From positions 6,086 through 70,085 of the IMG/VR virus record IMGVR_UViG_3300023240_000018: 64,000 bases of DNA; one strand, given 5' to 3'. How positions within the stretch are numbered: position 1 is the first letter of the stretch; each line of letters starts with the position of its first letter. Positions 27,725 through 37,942 of the stretch are shown here, piece by piece. Below the pieces are notes generated by a model. That model searched no databases and was not told the DNA's origin. It saw nothing but the letters and a program-made list of their open reading frames with translations. Source of the DNA: a virus. The translations under genes and the position numbers were made by a program.

Positions 27725-28999
27725 TCAATGCTTCTTTTTTTTGGCGTCGTTTCCCATATCTGCCTGTGTGAGCTTTGACCACAATGCCGCATGCAGATTG
27801 CAGAGTTGATCGATGTCTAGCCCTGCCAGTTTCGCGCCTACACCACCACGCTTTTCAATAGCCTTGACCATTGCTTCCTTTGTTAGACTCAGGCTTTTCA
27901 TCTGCCCCTTAATCACTGCCACTCGGTCAGCAAGGGACAGATTCGCGTCCTTCCATGACTCAGTAGTTTTCGTGACGCTTCCTTCGTCCTTCACTGCTGC
28001 CTGCGTCGCCGTAGCGGAAGCAGACGTACGGGCATCTGCATTGCGCTGTGCCGCAATAGCCGCAGAGTCCAGCCGGCCATTGCGCAATTCCTCAGCGACA
28101 ACATTGTCCGCAGCGATGCTTGCCTGAATTTGCAGTTTCTCGTCATCCGTGAGCGGTCTCATCTCCAGTCGCTCACCAGCCTTGAGAGAATCGTAGTTGG
28201 GTGGCTTCGCAACATATTCACGGAGTCGCTTCCAACTAAAGTCCTTGACTTGCGGCGGAAGAATCGGCAACACTTTCAACTCGCCATCGACCATCGTTGT
28301 GTGTGCCAGTCGGGATTTTCCAAGTGGCGGAACGATTGACGCAACTGGCATTGCCGGAACCTTGCCATCCTTGGGGTTCACGTCACGGCGAAGATGCAAG
28401 TAAAGGCTGGCCAACTCGTAGAACGTGTCGACACCCTTCGCCTTCATCTTGCCCTCGACTGGCGAACCACCACGCCAGATGGTGCCCATGTGAGCGGTAA
28501 AAATAAAACACTCAACTCTGCGACTCAACCGCCCCAGTGTCATTTTGAGGTGCGACTTCACATCAGCCCACAGTAATCCACTGGCTTTGTCGTACTGCGC
28601 TTTGGTTCGCCCGAACTTTTCTGGGTTTGCCTTGACCCATTCAACGACCCCGCTTTGCAAGTCCGTGATTGGGTCGACAAACAAAACGCGAGAATCAATG
28701 TTTGAGATCACGTCCTCGAACCACAGCCAGCACTCAATGGGTGATGGTATCCCATTCGCGGCCTTCGCGTGGACCTCATCGTACAGACTGTATCGTTTTT
28801 TGAGCGGAAGATTGTACGACGCTGACGAGTCCTCATTGTCGACAACAGTCGTGTTCTCCGGGTCCAGAGATAGCCCCGCGATCGTCTTCCCGCTGCCCTT
28901 CACTCCACATACGCCTATGATGGGAATTCGGAGCGGTTGCCCCCCCACGTCACCAAACAACGACTTGCTATATTTCACAGTCTCGGTAGTTTCACTCAT
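27725..28999 (-). CDS. AAA_24/Sak4-like recombination ATPase
   Basis: GVKGSGKT, VDNEDSS, VLFVDPIT, IFTAH; GAGG RBS before ATG 28999. Confidence 0.8.
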   Translation of the reverse strand: MSETTETVKYSKSLFGDVGGQPLRIPIIGVCGVKGSGKTIAGLSLDPENTTVVDNEDSSASYNLPLKKRYSLYDEVHAKAANGIPSPIECWLWFEDVISNIDSRVLFVDPITDLQSGVVEWVKANPEKFGRTKAQYDKASGLLWADVKSHLKMTLGRLSRRVECFIFTAHMGTIWRGGSPVEGKMKAKGVDTFYELASLYLHLRRDVNPKDGKVPAMPVASIVPPLGKSRLAHTTMVDGELKVLPILPPQVKDFSWKRLREYVAKPPNYDSLKAGERLEMRPLTDDEKLQIQASIAADNVVAEELRNGRLDSAAIAAQRNADARTSASATATQAAVKDEGSVTKTTESWKDANLSLADRVAVIKGQMKSLSLTKEAMVKAIEKRGGVGAKLAGLDIDQLCNLHAALWSKLTQADMGNDAKKKKH

Positions 29000-29075
29000 A
29001 TCAATTTCAACCTCTCGTAGTGCGACGGGATTGCCCCGCCAATCGTCAGGAAACACACAACTCAGAACTCTCAAG

Positions 29076-29375
29076 TCAGCTGGTGGTACGTGGTACTGCC
29101 TCTTCTTGCATTGACAGTTTTTCGACGCGCCTCGCGTCAGTAGCAACGGGCAACTTTCCAGAATCAAGTCTTCCAGAATCTGGCTCTTGCTGAACGTGCA
29201 AAGATTCATTTTCAATTCTGTCCCTCACCTTCTTTCGGAGAATTTTCACAATCGGGTCCGCGTCCCAAGACATGCGAACGGTGTTGCCGCTGATCGCTTG
29301 GACCCGCACGCTAAATCTCACCTCGCCAACTTCGAGATAGGTCACATCGCCGACTTTACTTCCGAGAACTAACAT
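29076..29375 (-). CDS. csrA: CsrA-like carbon storage regulator
   Basis: MLVL..KVG.......I.V.V..I.GN.VR...DA...V.ILR. Confidence 0.8.
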   Translation of the reverse strand: MLVLGSKVGDVTYLEVGEVRFSVRVQAISGNTVRMSWDADPIVKILRKKVRDRIENESLHVQQEPDSGRLDSGKLPVATDARRVEKLSMQEEAVPRTTS

Positions 29376-29491
29376 ACTTCATCCTTGAGTTAAAAAGGCC
29401 ACTAGGTTGCGTTGCGGTGAATCTCTAAGGTTTGGGCGCAACGGTAGCACAGAAAAAAATTACGGGAGAAATTACAGGGCAAACACTGCCG

Positions 29492-30301
29492 CTATGGGGC
29501 AGGAGAAACCGTGACCTTGTTGGGGTCGACACTTTCAGTGATGTCTAGTGCTAGAGTAGCAAGACAGTCCGACTGCAGTTTTTGAAGTTGCCCACCGTAT
29601 GGGCTTAGAGCCAGTTTCTGGTTCTGGATGTCGAATTCCCAGAAACATTGTATGTCAGCACTCCCAGTCATCGAATGGTCGCTATACGCTCGCACGTTCC
29701 TCAGCGTGAAGTCGGTGAGTGCTGAATCAGGCTCCGACACAGCTTCCTCGACAACATCATTGCCGTAGCTGGCTCGAGACGCCTTCATCCCACTGTCTGA
29801 AGATGCACTTGCGTTCACTCTCCACTTCAGATCTGCAATCTGAAACACAAGTTTTTCAGGATGAACAATGTGCTGATACATTTCGGACGCCCGGATTAGC
29901 CGGATGACCTCACTAGTCGACAGCATCACTGTTTTCTCAGCAAAGTCAGACAGCATGCTCAAGACGGGCGATCGTTGAATCGCAAGACTTAAATGCACAG
30001 GCTCCATTCCGTCGGTGCTGTCTAAATCGTGGACGCCATCTGCACGCACGAGGACGATATCATTCTGAATCGAGATATGAATTGAATCATGCGGGAGTGT
30101 TTTCACAACGGCAATCAATCCGGCCACTGAAGACGGAACATGGTGGTGAAATGACCGAGGGTTTTGGTGATACTCGTATTCCCCCTTGCCGTTAACAATG
30201 AGCCTCTGATTGCAGTCAAGATCCATCAACTGAACCTTGTCTTTCGCGCCCACTGAACCAGTGACCGCGTCTTTGAATAACTTTAGTGCCTCTGCGAACA
30301 T
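29492..30301 (-). CDS. conserved phage protein (DUF2303-like, tentative)
   Basis: 269 aa, GAGG RBS; S..GLI..V motif; paired with upstream small gene. Confidence 0.5.
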   Translation of the reverse strand: MFAEALKLFKDAVTGSVGAKDKVQLMDLDCNQRLIVNGKGEYEYHQNPRSFHHHVPSSVAGLIAVVKTLPHDSIHISIQNDIVLVRADGVHDLDSTDGMEPVHLSLAIQRSPVLSMLSDFAEKTVMLSTSEVIRLIRASEMYQHIVHPEKLVFQIADLKWRVNASASSDSGMKASRASYGNDVVEEAVSEPDSALTDFTLRNVRAYSDHSMTGSADIQCFWEFDIQNQKLALSPYGGQLQKLQSDCLATLALDITESVDPNKVTVSPAP

Positions 30302-30362
30302 GATTGCCTCGATCTAAAAAACTGTGACTGTGAAACGTAACTCAACAGGAACTCAACAGAAA

Positions 30363-30764
30363 CTATTCCTCTTCTGGTCCCTCAGCAGGTTCTTGTGTGA
30401 ACGGAAGCGGTTGCTGTTCGAACTGACCGGGGAACGCCTTGTTCAGCATTGGCACGCCAGTTTTGCTTAGCCGGATATCAGTCACGCCACCAACCACAGA
30501 CGGGAGCATCCCAACGACGGTCGGTTCCATGTCGATGCCAATCAGTTCCTCCGTCTCTGTCGCTTTGTCGTACTGTAGCCGCGGAGAAAATGAAAGCTGA
30601 ATTTTTAGCTTGCGGGCACCGGTCGCTTTGCCCGCGACGGTCTTCGGCCGCTGACGAATGTCATTGACTGCAGTGCGAATTTGACGAGTGATTTCTCGGC
30701 CAAGCGCACCTTCGTCGATCTGACTAATGAATTGGCCGGTAAGTTCTTCGATGTGCTCGTTCAT
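30363..30764 (-). CDS. hypothetical protein
   Basis: IDEGAL......I..AV.DI..RP......RKL.I pattern. Confidence 0.65.
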   Translation of the reverse strand: MNEHIEELTGQFISQIDEGALGREITRQIRTAVNDIRQRPKTVAGKATGARKLKIQLSFSPRLQYDKATETEELIGIDMEPTVVGMLPSVVGGVTDIRLSKTGVPMLNKAFPGQFEQQPLPFTQEPAEGPEEE

Positions 30765-30796
30765 GATTGCTCTAAAGTTTGGGGTTACGGGTTGAA

Positions 30797-32470
30797 TCAA
30801 TTCACAGTCTGGGTGAAATTCCTGAACGTGTCACTAGCAGAGCCACTGCGGCTTTCAACTGCTGGAGCCTGAGAATCCATGAACTTTTGAAACCATGAAT
30901 TCACAACTGACTCATTAGTTAAGTCAAGACTCGCAGATGATTCCATTGCGACCCGGAAAGCCTCTCGGCTTTGCTGGCTAAATCCGATAGACTCAGACTG
31001 AGCTCCCCCCAGCCAAGAATCGCCCTGTCTGCGATAGTTTCCCTGAATCTGCATCGCGAAGGCTTTTGCCGAACGCGACTTCAATTCGGGGCTTCCCATG
31101 TCGTATGTTGCACGAAAAGACGGATCAATCATGGCTGAGTGAACATCCTTCGCACTCGATTGAGCCGTTACTCCTACTGAGTTCAGAATGGCTCCCTCAG
31201 GACTGTCAGTAGTAGCCAACTGGTTGAGCTGGTCTACCCCAGCCTGCTGCGTCTTAGGATCGAACGTCCCATCGTAACCCTTCACGGCAGCCGACTTCGC
31301 CAGCGAGTTTGATTCACGCTTGATGATCTTCGCAAGTTTTGCCTTGTCCACTTTACCCTGGTCGTTCAGGTAATCCTTGGGCTCAATTCCCTTTGCTGCC
31401 AAACCCGCCTCGGCAGCTGACGTCATCCGGCCAGTCTTTTGTAGAGCCGCCAGTCCTCGCTTCTGAACTGCGGGATCTTGCAAATGATCCTGTCGATTCT
31501 GTGCATTCTGAGAAACATCAGATTCAGTCATCGGCCTCCGTGAGCTAGTAGTCAATGCAAATGAACCATCACCCCGCTGAACTACAGGAAATCCGTTCTG
31601 AGCCATTCGGACCTGCTCACCTGTATCGCGCTTGTACAGATCCCTGCCTTCATGGAAACCGCTAGACAATGCGTCCTTGCCTGCTTGAATGTGGGCAGCA
31701 GTGTCCTGTTGTGCAGGCGAGCGTGAATCCTGACCACGCAAAGCAGCCAGTCTTGAAAACCGATCAATCATTTGCTGCCCACCGGGTGATGAACCAGCGA
31801 AGATCCGGTTTTCGTTTCTTTTCTGAGCACCAGCAAAGTCAGTATCCCCCATCAGCCCCGGAACTGGACCACTCAAAGAGCCAGAGCCGGCGAGTCCCTG
31901 CTGGTATCCGACGCTACCGCTCGCAGCCGCCATGCCCTGCTGCTCTCGCATGTCATTCATCTGTGACAGATAGTTGGTCTGGGCACTGGGCTGAGGCTCT
32001 GCCTTACGCATGTCGCTGATTCGCTTTGACGCTTGACTGTTCAGTGACTGCAATTTGTTCGTGAGTGTTTTTGTTGCCTGCAAGCGATTATTTGCTGATT
32101 CTAAATTTGATTTGTAATCCTGTTCATGACCCATACCCGGAGTCAACAATCCGTACCCAGCAAGGCCCGCTGGAGAAACCCCACCAGACAGGCCTGACAT
32201 CTGTATCGCACGCTGGATCATATGGTTACTTAAAGCATCTCCACCACCATAGCCACCCAGCCCTTGCTTCCGGTAAGAATCTGACACGCCGGCAACATTC
32301 GGCTTTGGCGGCATGGCCAGCCCGAAAAAGTGCGCTTGCGGCCCAGCCGTCGGACTACCTGAGACGTTCGACGTGTACTGATCAGCCTGTGAAGACGGAC
32401 CTGAAGCGAGATAGTTTTGTGTGCGGCCGTACTGATTGCCCATGCTACGTGAGAATGGTCGGATTGGCAT
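30797..32470 (-). CDS. Gly/Gln/Ala-rich putative internal virion protein
   Basis: 557 aa low-complexity, no Cys; composition typical of ejected proteins. Confidence 0.5.
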   Translation of the reverse strand: MPIRPFSRSMGNQYGRTQNYLASGPSSQADQYTSNVSGSPTAGPQAHFFGLAMPPKPNVAGVSDSYRKQGLGGYGGGDALSNHMIQRAIQMSGLSGGVSPAGLAGYGLLTPGMGHEQDYKSNLESANNRLQATKTLTNKLQSLNSQASKRISDMRKAEPQPSAQTNYLSQMNDMREQQGMAAASGSVGYQQGLAGSGSLSGPVPGLMGDTDFAGAQKRNENRIFAGSSPGGQQMIDRFSRLAALRGQDSRSPAQQDTAAHIQAGKDALSSGFHEGRDLYKRDTGEQVRMAQNGFPVVQRGDGSFALTTSSRRPMTESDVSQNAQNRQDHLQDPAVQKRGLAALQKTGRMTSAAEAGLAAKGIEPKDYLNDQGKVDKAKLAKIIKRESNSLAKSAAVKGYDGTFDPKTQQAGVDQLNQLATTDSPEGAILNSVGVTAQSSAKDVHSAMIDPSFRATYDMGSPELKSRSAKAFAMQIQGNYRRQGDSWLGGAQSESIGFSQQSREAFRVAMESSASLDLTNESVVNSWFQKFMDSQAPAVESRSGSASDTFRNFTQTVN

Positions 32471-32572
32471 TGTGATTCCCTTCAGGATTTTCAAATTCAG
32501 ATTGTACAGTGATCAGTCTAATCACTCACCATGCGGTGGTGACGCCTCTTCTTTTCTAGTTGATGTGCCCCA

Positions 32573-32758
32573 TCACGAATTCACCCTCTTCATCCCCACG
32601 ATCTTCTTGACATCCGCCCTTGACAGCATGTAGTAATCGCCGAGCGGACTTTTCACTTTTTCCCCAATGTTGTAGTCGCGGCACCGCCTTCGAATCATGG
32701 ACATTGTCAGCCCGATCTCTTCAGCGCATTCTGTAATTTTTCTTCGCTTCAGTGCCAT
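32573..32758 (-). CDS. small HTH DNA-binding regulator
   Basis: ITECAEEIGLTMSMIRRRCR...IG.K.......Y.LS..DV. Confidence 0.75.
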   Translation of the reverse strand: MALKRRKITECAEEIGLTMSMIRRRCRDYNIGEKVKSPLGDYYMLSRADVKKIVGMKRVNS

Positions 32759-32830
32759 AGTTGTTTACCAGTCCAGCTCCGGAAGGTCGTATCAGGTTCG
32801 CCATTGCGTCGATCTCCTTCAGACGAAGGT

Positions 32831-32859
32831 AGTGTACCGAGTGCGGTACAGCCCGTCAA
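32831..32859 (-). promoter_or_regulatory. sigma70-type promoter TTGACG-N17-TACACT with palindromic operator TGTACCG-N4-CGGTACA
   Basis: Consensus spacing; same architecture repeated at 59128-59156. Confidence 0.8.
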
Positions 32860-32998
32860 TGGCGTGTTTTATATTTTGTGAGATTGGCCGAGCGGGACTC
32901 AAAGGATGGTTTCAAAGGCCGCTATCTACTGCGTTTTTCCCACGGGAATCCATACACCCAGCAGTCGTCAATTGCGTACTGGCCTCTGGCAACCATAC

Positions 32999-33625
32999 TT
33001 AGCCCTTGATGTCGCAGACTCTATCAAAACTGGCGATGGTCGGAGTGACTGCCGTGCCGGTCGCGCCGTCATTGCACACGATCGTGACCACGACATCCAA
33101 AACGTCACCCGGCTCCAGTCCTGCCGGATTAAACGCGAACAATTTGTCCGCCAATGTCGTATGATTAATCGTCATAGCGGAGGTCGTGCAAAGGTCGCTG
33201 CCGATACTGCCAAGTTTGTCGAGAAGATAGGCCTCTACGTCGATTGTGCAGGACGTGTCGGCCACTGTCGTGACGACGCCAGCAGACAGACTCAGGCCGG
33301 CTGTTTCTCCAGGGTCGTAACTTTCGGGAAGGATGTACGAAAGTCTCAACTTGCGCGTCGTTGACCCCGCTGCTTTCAGGTCGCCCGCCTCTACTTTTGG
33401 TGGGGCAGTTCCGAACGTGCCGCCAATCAAAGCAAGATCGTCATTTGCTGCGGTGCCCGGCAGGACCGTCTGGTATGCGTCCCAGACTCGCAGCGTCGCC
33501 ATGTCGATCGGCAGGACTGCGTTTGGCGTTTGCTTCAGAATCGTATCGCGGTCCTGCGCGGAAACCCCATCCGATTTAATTGTCAGCGTGCCGGTCAGTT
33601 TGATGTTGTCATGCTTGAGAGTCAT
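32999..33625 (-). CDS. virion structural protein (beta-rich)
   Basis: 208 aa Thr/Asp/Ala-rich, end of structural module. Confidence 0.55.
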   Translation of the reverse strand: MTLKHDNIKLTGTLTIKSDGVSAQDRDTILKQTPNAVLPIDMATLRVWDAYQTVLPGTAANDDLALIGGTFGTAPPKVEAGDLKAAGSTTRKLRLSYILPESYDPGETAGLSLSAGVVTTVADTSCTIDVEAYLLDKLGSIGSDLCTTSAMTINHTTLADKLFAFNPAGLEPGDVLDVVVTIVCNDGATGTAVTPTIASFDRVCDIKG

Positions 33626-33903
33626 GGTGTTTCTTTCGCTTTGTGGGTTGGAGATCTGTAATTTTATTTATGGCTGGTTGGAATTGCGGAGGGAAGTCGT
33701 TTGGCCAGCTCGCAGTGTTGGCGGGTCTTTGATGGTATCGATTATCGTCATTGTGCTGCCTCAAAAATAGATGGCCGGTGGTGTGTGGTGGGTCTTCATT
33801 TCGTTCATTCAGTCCGATTCTAACACACTGAAGTCAGCAGGATCGATCACGTCGACCGTGTACGTTGGGCCGGAGGCAAGGTAGGGGAGTTTGATTGTGG
33901 ATG

Positions 33904-36213
33904 TCATAAGGATACGGCCTCGATTGTTTTCGGAGAAGAATTCATCACAGCGGTGGCGGTCTCTTTTGACAGGTCGTCGTAGTCCGGAGTGCTGAGATAG
34001 ATCAGCGGAGTAGTCAGATTGTCGACGCCTGCACCGACAGAGATCACGACCGTGCGAGTGACAGAAGGCTGTGATTCCGTGTCGGACCCCTCACGAGTGA
34101 GATCAGCGACTAACTCGCCATCACGCCGCATCTTCGATCGGCTGACGGGCTCTGATTCCCACGGTGGGCTATCAGCGGCGCCATACTGTTTACCCCACGA
34201 ATGCGGATAGTAATTCAGCTGTTGATTTATTCCGGCACCGAATTGCGAGTGGACAAACCTAAAGTCAAAATCTGCCTCTCCGACGTACGTTGGCCGTGCG
34301 TTGCGTGCATGGATCGGAAACTGCACTTGCATCTGTGAATCGAGGCCGAACCCGAAGCCTGAAATGATCGTATAGATGCCGTGCTTTGTGGGAATGCTGT
34401 CGCCGCTGCCTTTGCCGAGGAAACTAGCCCACTCATTGATCGCGGGCAGCGCTGGTAGTGGGAACAGCCACTCGGATTCGGGAACTTCTAACACGTTAAA
34501 TGTGACCGACTGGTAAGAACTCTTTTCGTCGTCGTCAAGGTTCATGTCTGCGACGAAGTAATCGTCTAAATCCGCTGCGAAAAACAAATACTCGTTGCTG
34601 ATGTTTGCGTAGTTGCCTTGCCAATTTCCATTCTCCAGCGCGTGCGCGTCGGCGAAATCCTTTGCTTCTTGCTGCGTTTGAAACGGGCCACCTAGTACCG
34701 GATTCCCAACAGTTGTCGATGCTTCGTTTTGATGAAAACGAAAATCAACCGCTTGGTAGAATTTGAATTGGTAAAAGCCGTAGCCGGATTCCGTCGGGTT
34801 GTTTTCGAGGCCCACGCCAGTGATCGCCGCCGGAGGCATTCGGCCCCACGCATGCCGAGCGTCAGGCGGGAAAATGCACTCGCTTGTTACACGAGTGATG
34901 TTATTATGATTTACGGAAAACGGCGAGCCCCAAGATTGATCTGTTCGCTTTGACTGTACGGTTATCGGAGTCAACCTCGTTGATCGAGCGACGAACGTTT
35001 GCGGGTTTCCGTTAACGATAAACACGCCGTTTTCGAACGCGGAACTAACATTCACTATCGACATGATTTCATCGACTCGCCCGACCGTAGGCGTGCCCCA
35101 CGAATACGGAACATCAGGTGACCACGTGCATTGACGGTTGGCGTAACCGCCAAGAATTTCGTTTCGAAAGATGTTGTACACCGCAGTGGAAACGAATCCC
35201 ACATCGTCTAACGTCGCCAGAATGAGACCTCCGCGGTAATTTGCTTGGCATCCGTCCGCCTCGTAGACGTCTGGAATTGTCGGGTCTCCATCAGGTGACT
35301 CATGCGACCCCAGAACAATCAACCATCCCCGACTGGGGTGGCTAGGCCATGTCTCTGTGTGCCCAAAGTTACCGCCTGCTGTGGGGGCAAGATGCACAGG
35401 CGAGCCATCCGTGTACACCAATTCGGACTGCGGAAACTCATCTAGCTTGATTGGAGCGTATCCGATCGTGGAGTTGTACTTCCGCACAAACCAGACTGTT
35501 GGTGTGTAGGTGAATCCAGCCGGGGAAACCTTGCTCAGCGTAATCGGCAGTCGTTCCTGCGTGTCGTACATAAACCCCACAGTCGACGGATTAGGTGCAA
35601 CGGGCAGGCTGTCGAATGTCCAGTGCTCGTCAGGCCCAGTGTTGTAAGCTTCCGACGTGTTGTCGATCGGTGCCCCGGTCACGACGTGTTCTGCGTTGCC
35701 GGAGATTCCGCCAGTAATGTAAGCGCCAAGCGATGCAATCGCCGCGGGCGGATACGCGACAACTCCGCTGAATGTGCGATTGAAGTAGCTTTTCGTGACG
35801 CTTGCACCAAGATTGCAGTCTGGCGGAAATTGAAACTCGCCGAACGTGATTGAAAAACTCGGTGGCGTGATGTATCGACCGTCGTCAAGAATTGCATCGG
35901 TTGAAACCGTGGAAACGGTTTGGTCCGGCCATTCCAGAAGCGACGTGTATCGCAATGATCTTGAATTCGCGTTGAAGAATCCCACGCCCGTGTTTCCGCC
36001 CGGCCCGAATGACCGCGCGCCACCGGGCAGCGTCTTTGGCCCAGTCGGGTATCCGTCCAAAGCGACCGTGTAACTGCTGCCGAGCAGGTCAGCCAGCGGG
36101 TTTTCCGCCAGTTGGAAGTTCACAGCGTCGAACTCGAATATGCGTGGATCTTCTGTTCGCATCCACATTTGAAGGCAGTTTTTCACACCACAACAACATG
36201 ACATCATCGGCAT
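33904..36213 (-). CDS. putative tail/receptor-binding protein
   Basis: 769 aa, N-terminal CCC motif, Pro/Gly/aromatic-rich, distal in tail module. Confidence 0.55.
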   Translation of the reverse strand: MPMMSCCCGVKNCLQMWMRTEDPRIFEFDAVNFQLAENPLADLLGSSYTVALDGYPTGPKTLPGGARSFGPGGNTGVGFFNANSRSLRYTSLLEWPDQTVSTVSTDAILDDGRYITPPSFSITFGEFQFPPDCNLGASVTKSYFNRTFSGVVAYPPAAIASLGAYITGGISGNAEHVVTGAPIDNTSEAYNTGPDEHWTFDSLPVAPNPSTVGFMYDTQERLPITLSKVSPAGFTYTPTVWFVRKYNSTIGYAPIKLDEFPQSELVYTDGSPVHLAPTAGGNFGHTETWPSHPSRGWLIVLGSHESPDGDPTIPDVYEADGCQANYRGGLILATLDDVGFVSTAVYNIFRNEILGGYANRQCTWSPDVPYSWGTPTVGRVDEIMSIVNVSSAFENGVFIVNGNPQTFVARSTRLTPITVQSKRTDQSWGSPFSVNHNNITRVTSECIFPPDARHAWGRMPPAAITGVGLENNPTESGYGFYQFKFYQAVDFRFHQNEASTTVGNPVLGGPFQTQQEAKDFADAHALENGNWQGNYANISNEYLFFAADLDDYFVADMNLDDDEKSSYQSVTFNVLEVPESEWLFPLPALPAINEWASFLGKGSGDSIPTKHGIYTIISGFGFGLDSQMQVQFPIHARNARPTYVGEADFDFRFVHSQFGAGINQQLNYYPHSWGKQYGAADSPPWESEPVSRSKMRRDGELVADLTREGSDTESQPSVTRTVVISVGAGVDNLTTPLIYLSTPDYDDLSKETATAVMNSSPKTIEAVSL

Positions 36214-37076
36214 CAGACAATCTCCAATTCAAACGCAGTTTCCATCGCGCCAAAATTCGGGGCGCACTTGCGGCATTTTTTGACAGCCGCAAGGTTGTTG
36301 AGAATCGTCTGATTGTTTCTCGCTCGACCCGTGGATCGCAGCGGAACGATCCCATGCGACAAACTGCCCTGATGCAGTCGCCGTCGCCCCAGAATCTCAC
36401 GATGATCGATGATCTTGCGGCTGAACTTGCGAGCGCGTGCGTCGAATTCGAAATCGCCGCCGCTGAACATATTGCAGAATCCATTCAGCGATTGAAAGAA
36501 ATCTAGCCTGACCAGCCGCATGGAATTGACGCCGCTGCCGTCTGGGACGCACGAAAAAATGCGGCCCGGAAATAGAAACGGGTCGTTCGCCAATCGTCTC
36601 CGCATGTCCTCGTCTGGGCCGTCGCAGAACTGTTCCATGCCTGAGGAAATCATCACCGAGCGTGACTGCTGAAGCACGCTGACTTGCCGCCACAACCGAT
36701 CAGGCAGACTGATGTCATCGGCGTCATTCAATGCCAGATAATCCGTGCGGCAATGCCCATGTCTGACCAGTGCGTTCGTCAGTCGGTACGGGCCTCGTCC
36801 GGGTGGCTTGTTGGTGCGATAGCGGATAATTTCGGCCGACGTGTTTTGCAATGCAGGCAGCGGCGGAAACTCGCAACTGTCGGCGATCACGTGAATGATC
36901 GGCGTGCAATGATTCTGATGCAGCAGGCCTTCAACGCATTCCGCCAGCCACTGCGCGTCGCCTGACCAGAACGGAACGACAACGTCGACGGCGAACGGGT
37001 CTGACGGCGCAACAGGATCGGGCAGCGATCGTTGCTGCTGATTCCGGCGTAGAGTTTTGGGGCTTTGAATTTTCAT
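36213..37076 (-). CDS. GT2-family glycosyltransferase
   Basis: DVVVPF, LAECVEGLL.Q, IADS, YLALNDADDISLPDRL..Q, GD.EF. Confidence 0.85.
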   Translation of the reverse strand: MKIQSPKTLRRNQQQRSLPDPVAPSDPFAVDVVVPFWSGDAQWLAECVEGLLHQNHCTPIIHVIADSCEFPPLPALQNTSAEIIRYRTNKPPGRGPYRLTNALVRHGHCRTDYLALNDADDISLPDRLWRQVSVLQQSRSVMISSGMEQFCDGPDEDMRRRLANDPFLFPGRIFSCVPDGSGVNSMRLVRLDFFQSLNGFCNMFSGGDFEFDARARKFSRKIIDHREILGRRRLHQGSLSHGIVPLRSTGRARNNQTILNNLAAVKKCRKCAPNFGAMETAFELEIV

Positions 37077-37942
37077 TCGCTGATCGCTGGCCACTCCCAC
37101 GCTGACGAATCGCAATCGGTTTTGTACGGCACCCAGTAGCCCGCCTGAAATTCGATTCCGATCAGTGTGTTTGCCGCGATGTCGATCTCGCGAAAGTCGT
37201 TGACGACGGGCACGGTGATCAGAGCGTTTGCCGCGTCGCGAGTCTGAACCAGTCGACCGCAGGCGTTGCGTTTTAAGATCCACACGTCGGCCACTGCGAG
37301 GATTCCAATGTCGGCGTCTGTGACGGCGGTGGTTGCGTCAACGCCCAGCGTGGCCACTGTGGATGTGGCGGCTGTGATCGTGGTGACGAGCGGCACGCCG
37401 TCTACGCCAGCGCCGCAGATGATTACAGTGTAGTCGTCGATGTACCCCGACAGATCAACGGACGTCGTCAACTGATCACTGTCCGCGTCAATCGTGCCAG
37501 TCGCGTAGATGGCTGGCGACGCTGGCAAGTCGTCGACTAGGACCGCGAAGTGCCGTGACTCACCACGGGCAATCGCAGAGCAAATACCTGATTCGACTTC
37601 AGCAAGGTGAGTCACGAACCCGCCCTCGCTCATTTCCCATGAACCCGCTTCGGCTGCGAGGCCAGTGCCAACGTCGGGGCTCACAGAGCACAAGACGTGT
37701 TGTGGAAGATGCCAAAGGCGCGACGCGCCCCAATCGCCGGCAGGAACAGGCGTCTCGCCATTTGCCAACCAGAAATTTCCGCCGGCTGTCGGTTTTGTGA
37801 TTGTGTAGGTGTTCGTCTCCGCGACATACTCGACCAGTTCAACCACGCCATAGGCAGGCACGGTCTCCTCTGACGTGTTCTGCCAGTGAATGACTGAGCT
37901 GAAGTCTTGCGTCCGTAAAGACTGGAATGAGTTTCTATTCAT
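37073..37942 (-). CDS. tail/baseplate structural protein
   Basis: N.S.E.VPAYGVV motif; tail-module position. Confidence 0.55.
   Translation of the reverse strand: MNRNSFQSLRTQDFSSVIHWQNTSEETVPAYGVVELVEYVAETNTYTITKPTAGGNFWLANGETPVPAGDWGASRLWHLPQHVLCSVSPDVGTGLAAEAGSWEMSEGGFVTHLAEVESGICSAIARGESRHFAVLVDDLPASPAIYATGTIDADSDQLTTSVDLSGYIDDYTVIICGAGVDGVPLVTTITAATSTVATLGVDATTAVTDADIGILAVADVWILKRNACGRLVQTRDAANALITVPVVNDFREIDIAANTLIGIEFQAGYWVPYKTDCDSSAWEWPAISE

Noticed and set aside
32760-32830. Leader sequences after the two promoters as known riboswitches (e.g. c-di-GMP-I)
   Set aside because: Only short words (TCGAC, GCAA) are shared; the consensus architecture is not matched by eye.
33809-33907. 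32-aa ORF coupled to the end of the 769-aa tail gene (possible gene remnant)
   Set aside because: Too short to support without homology search.
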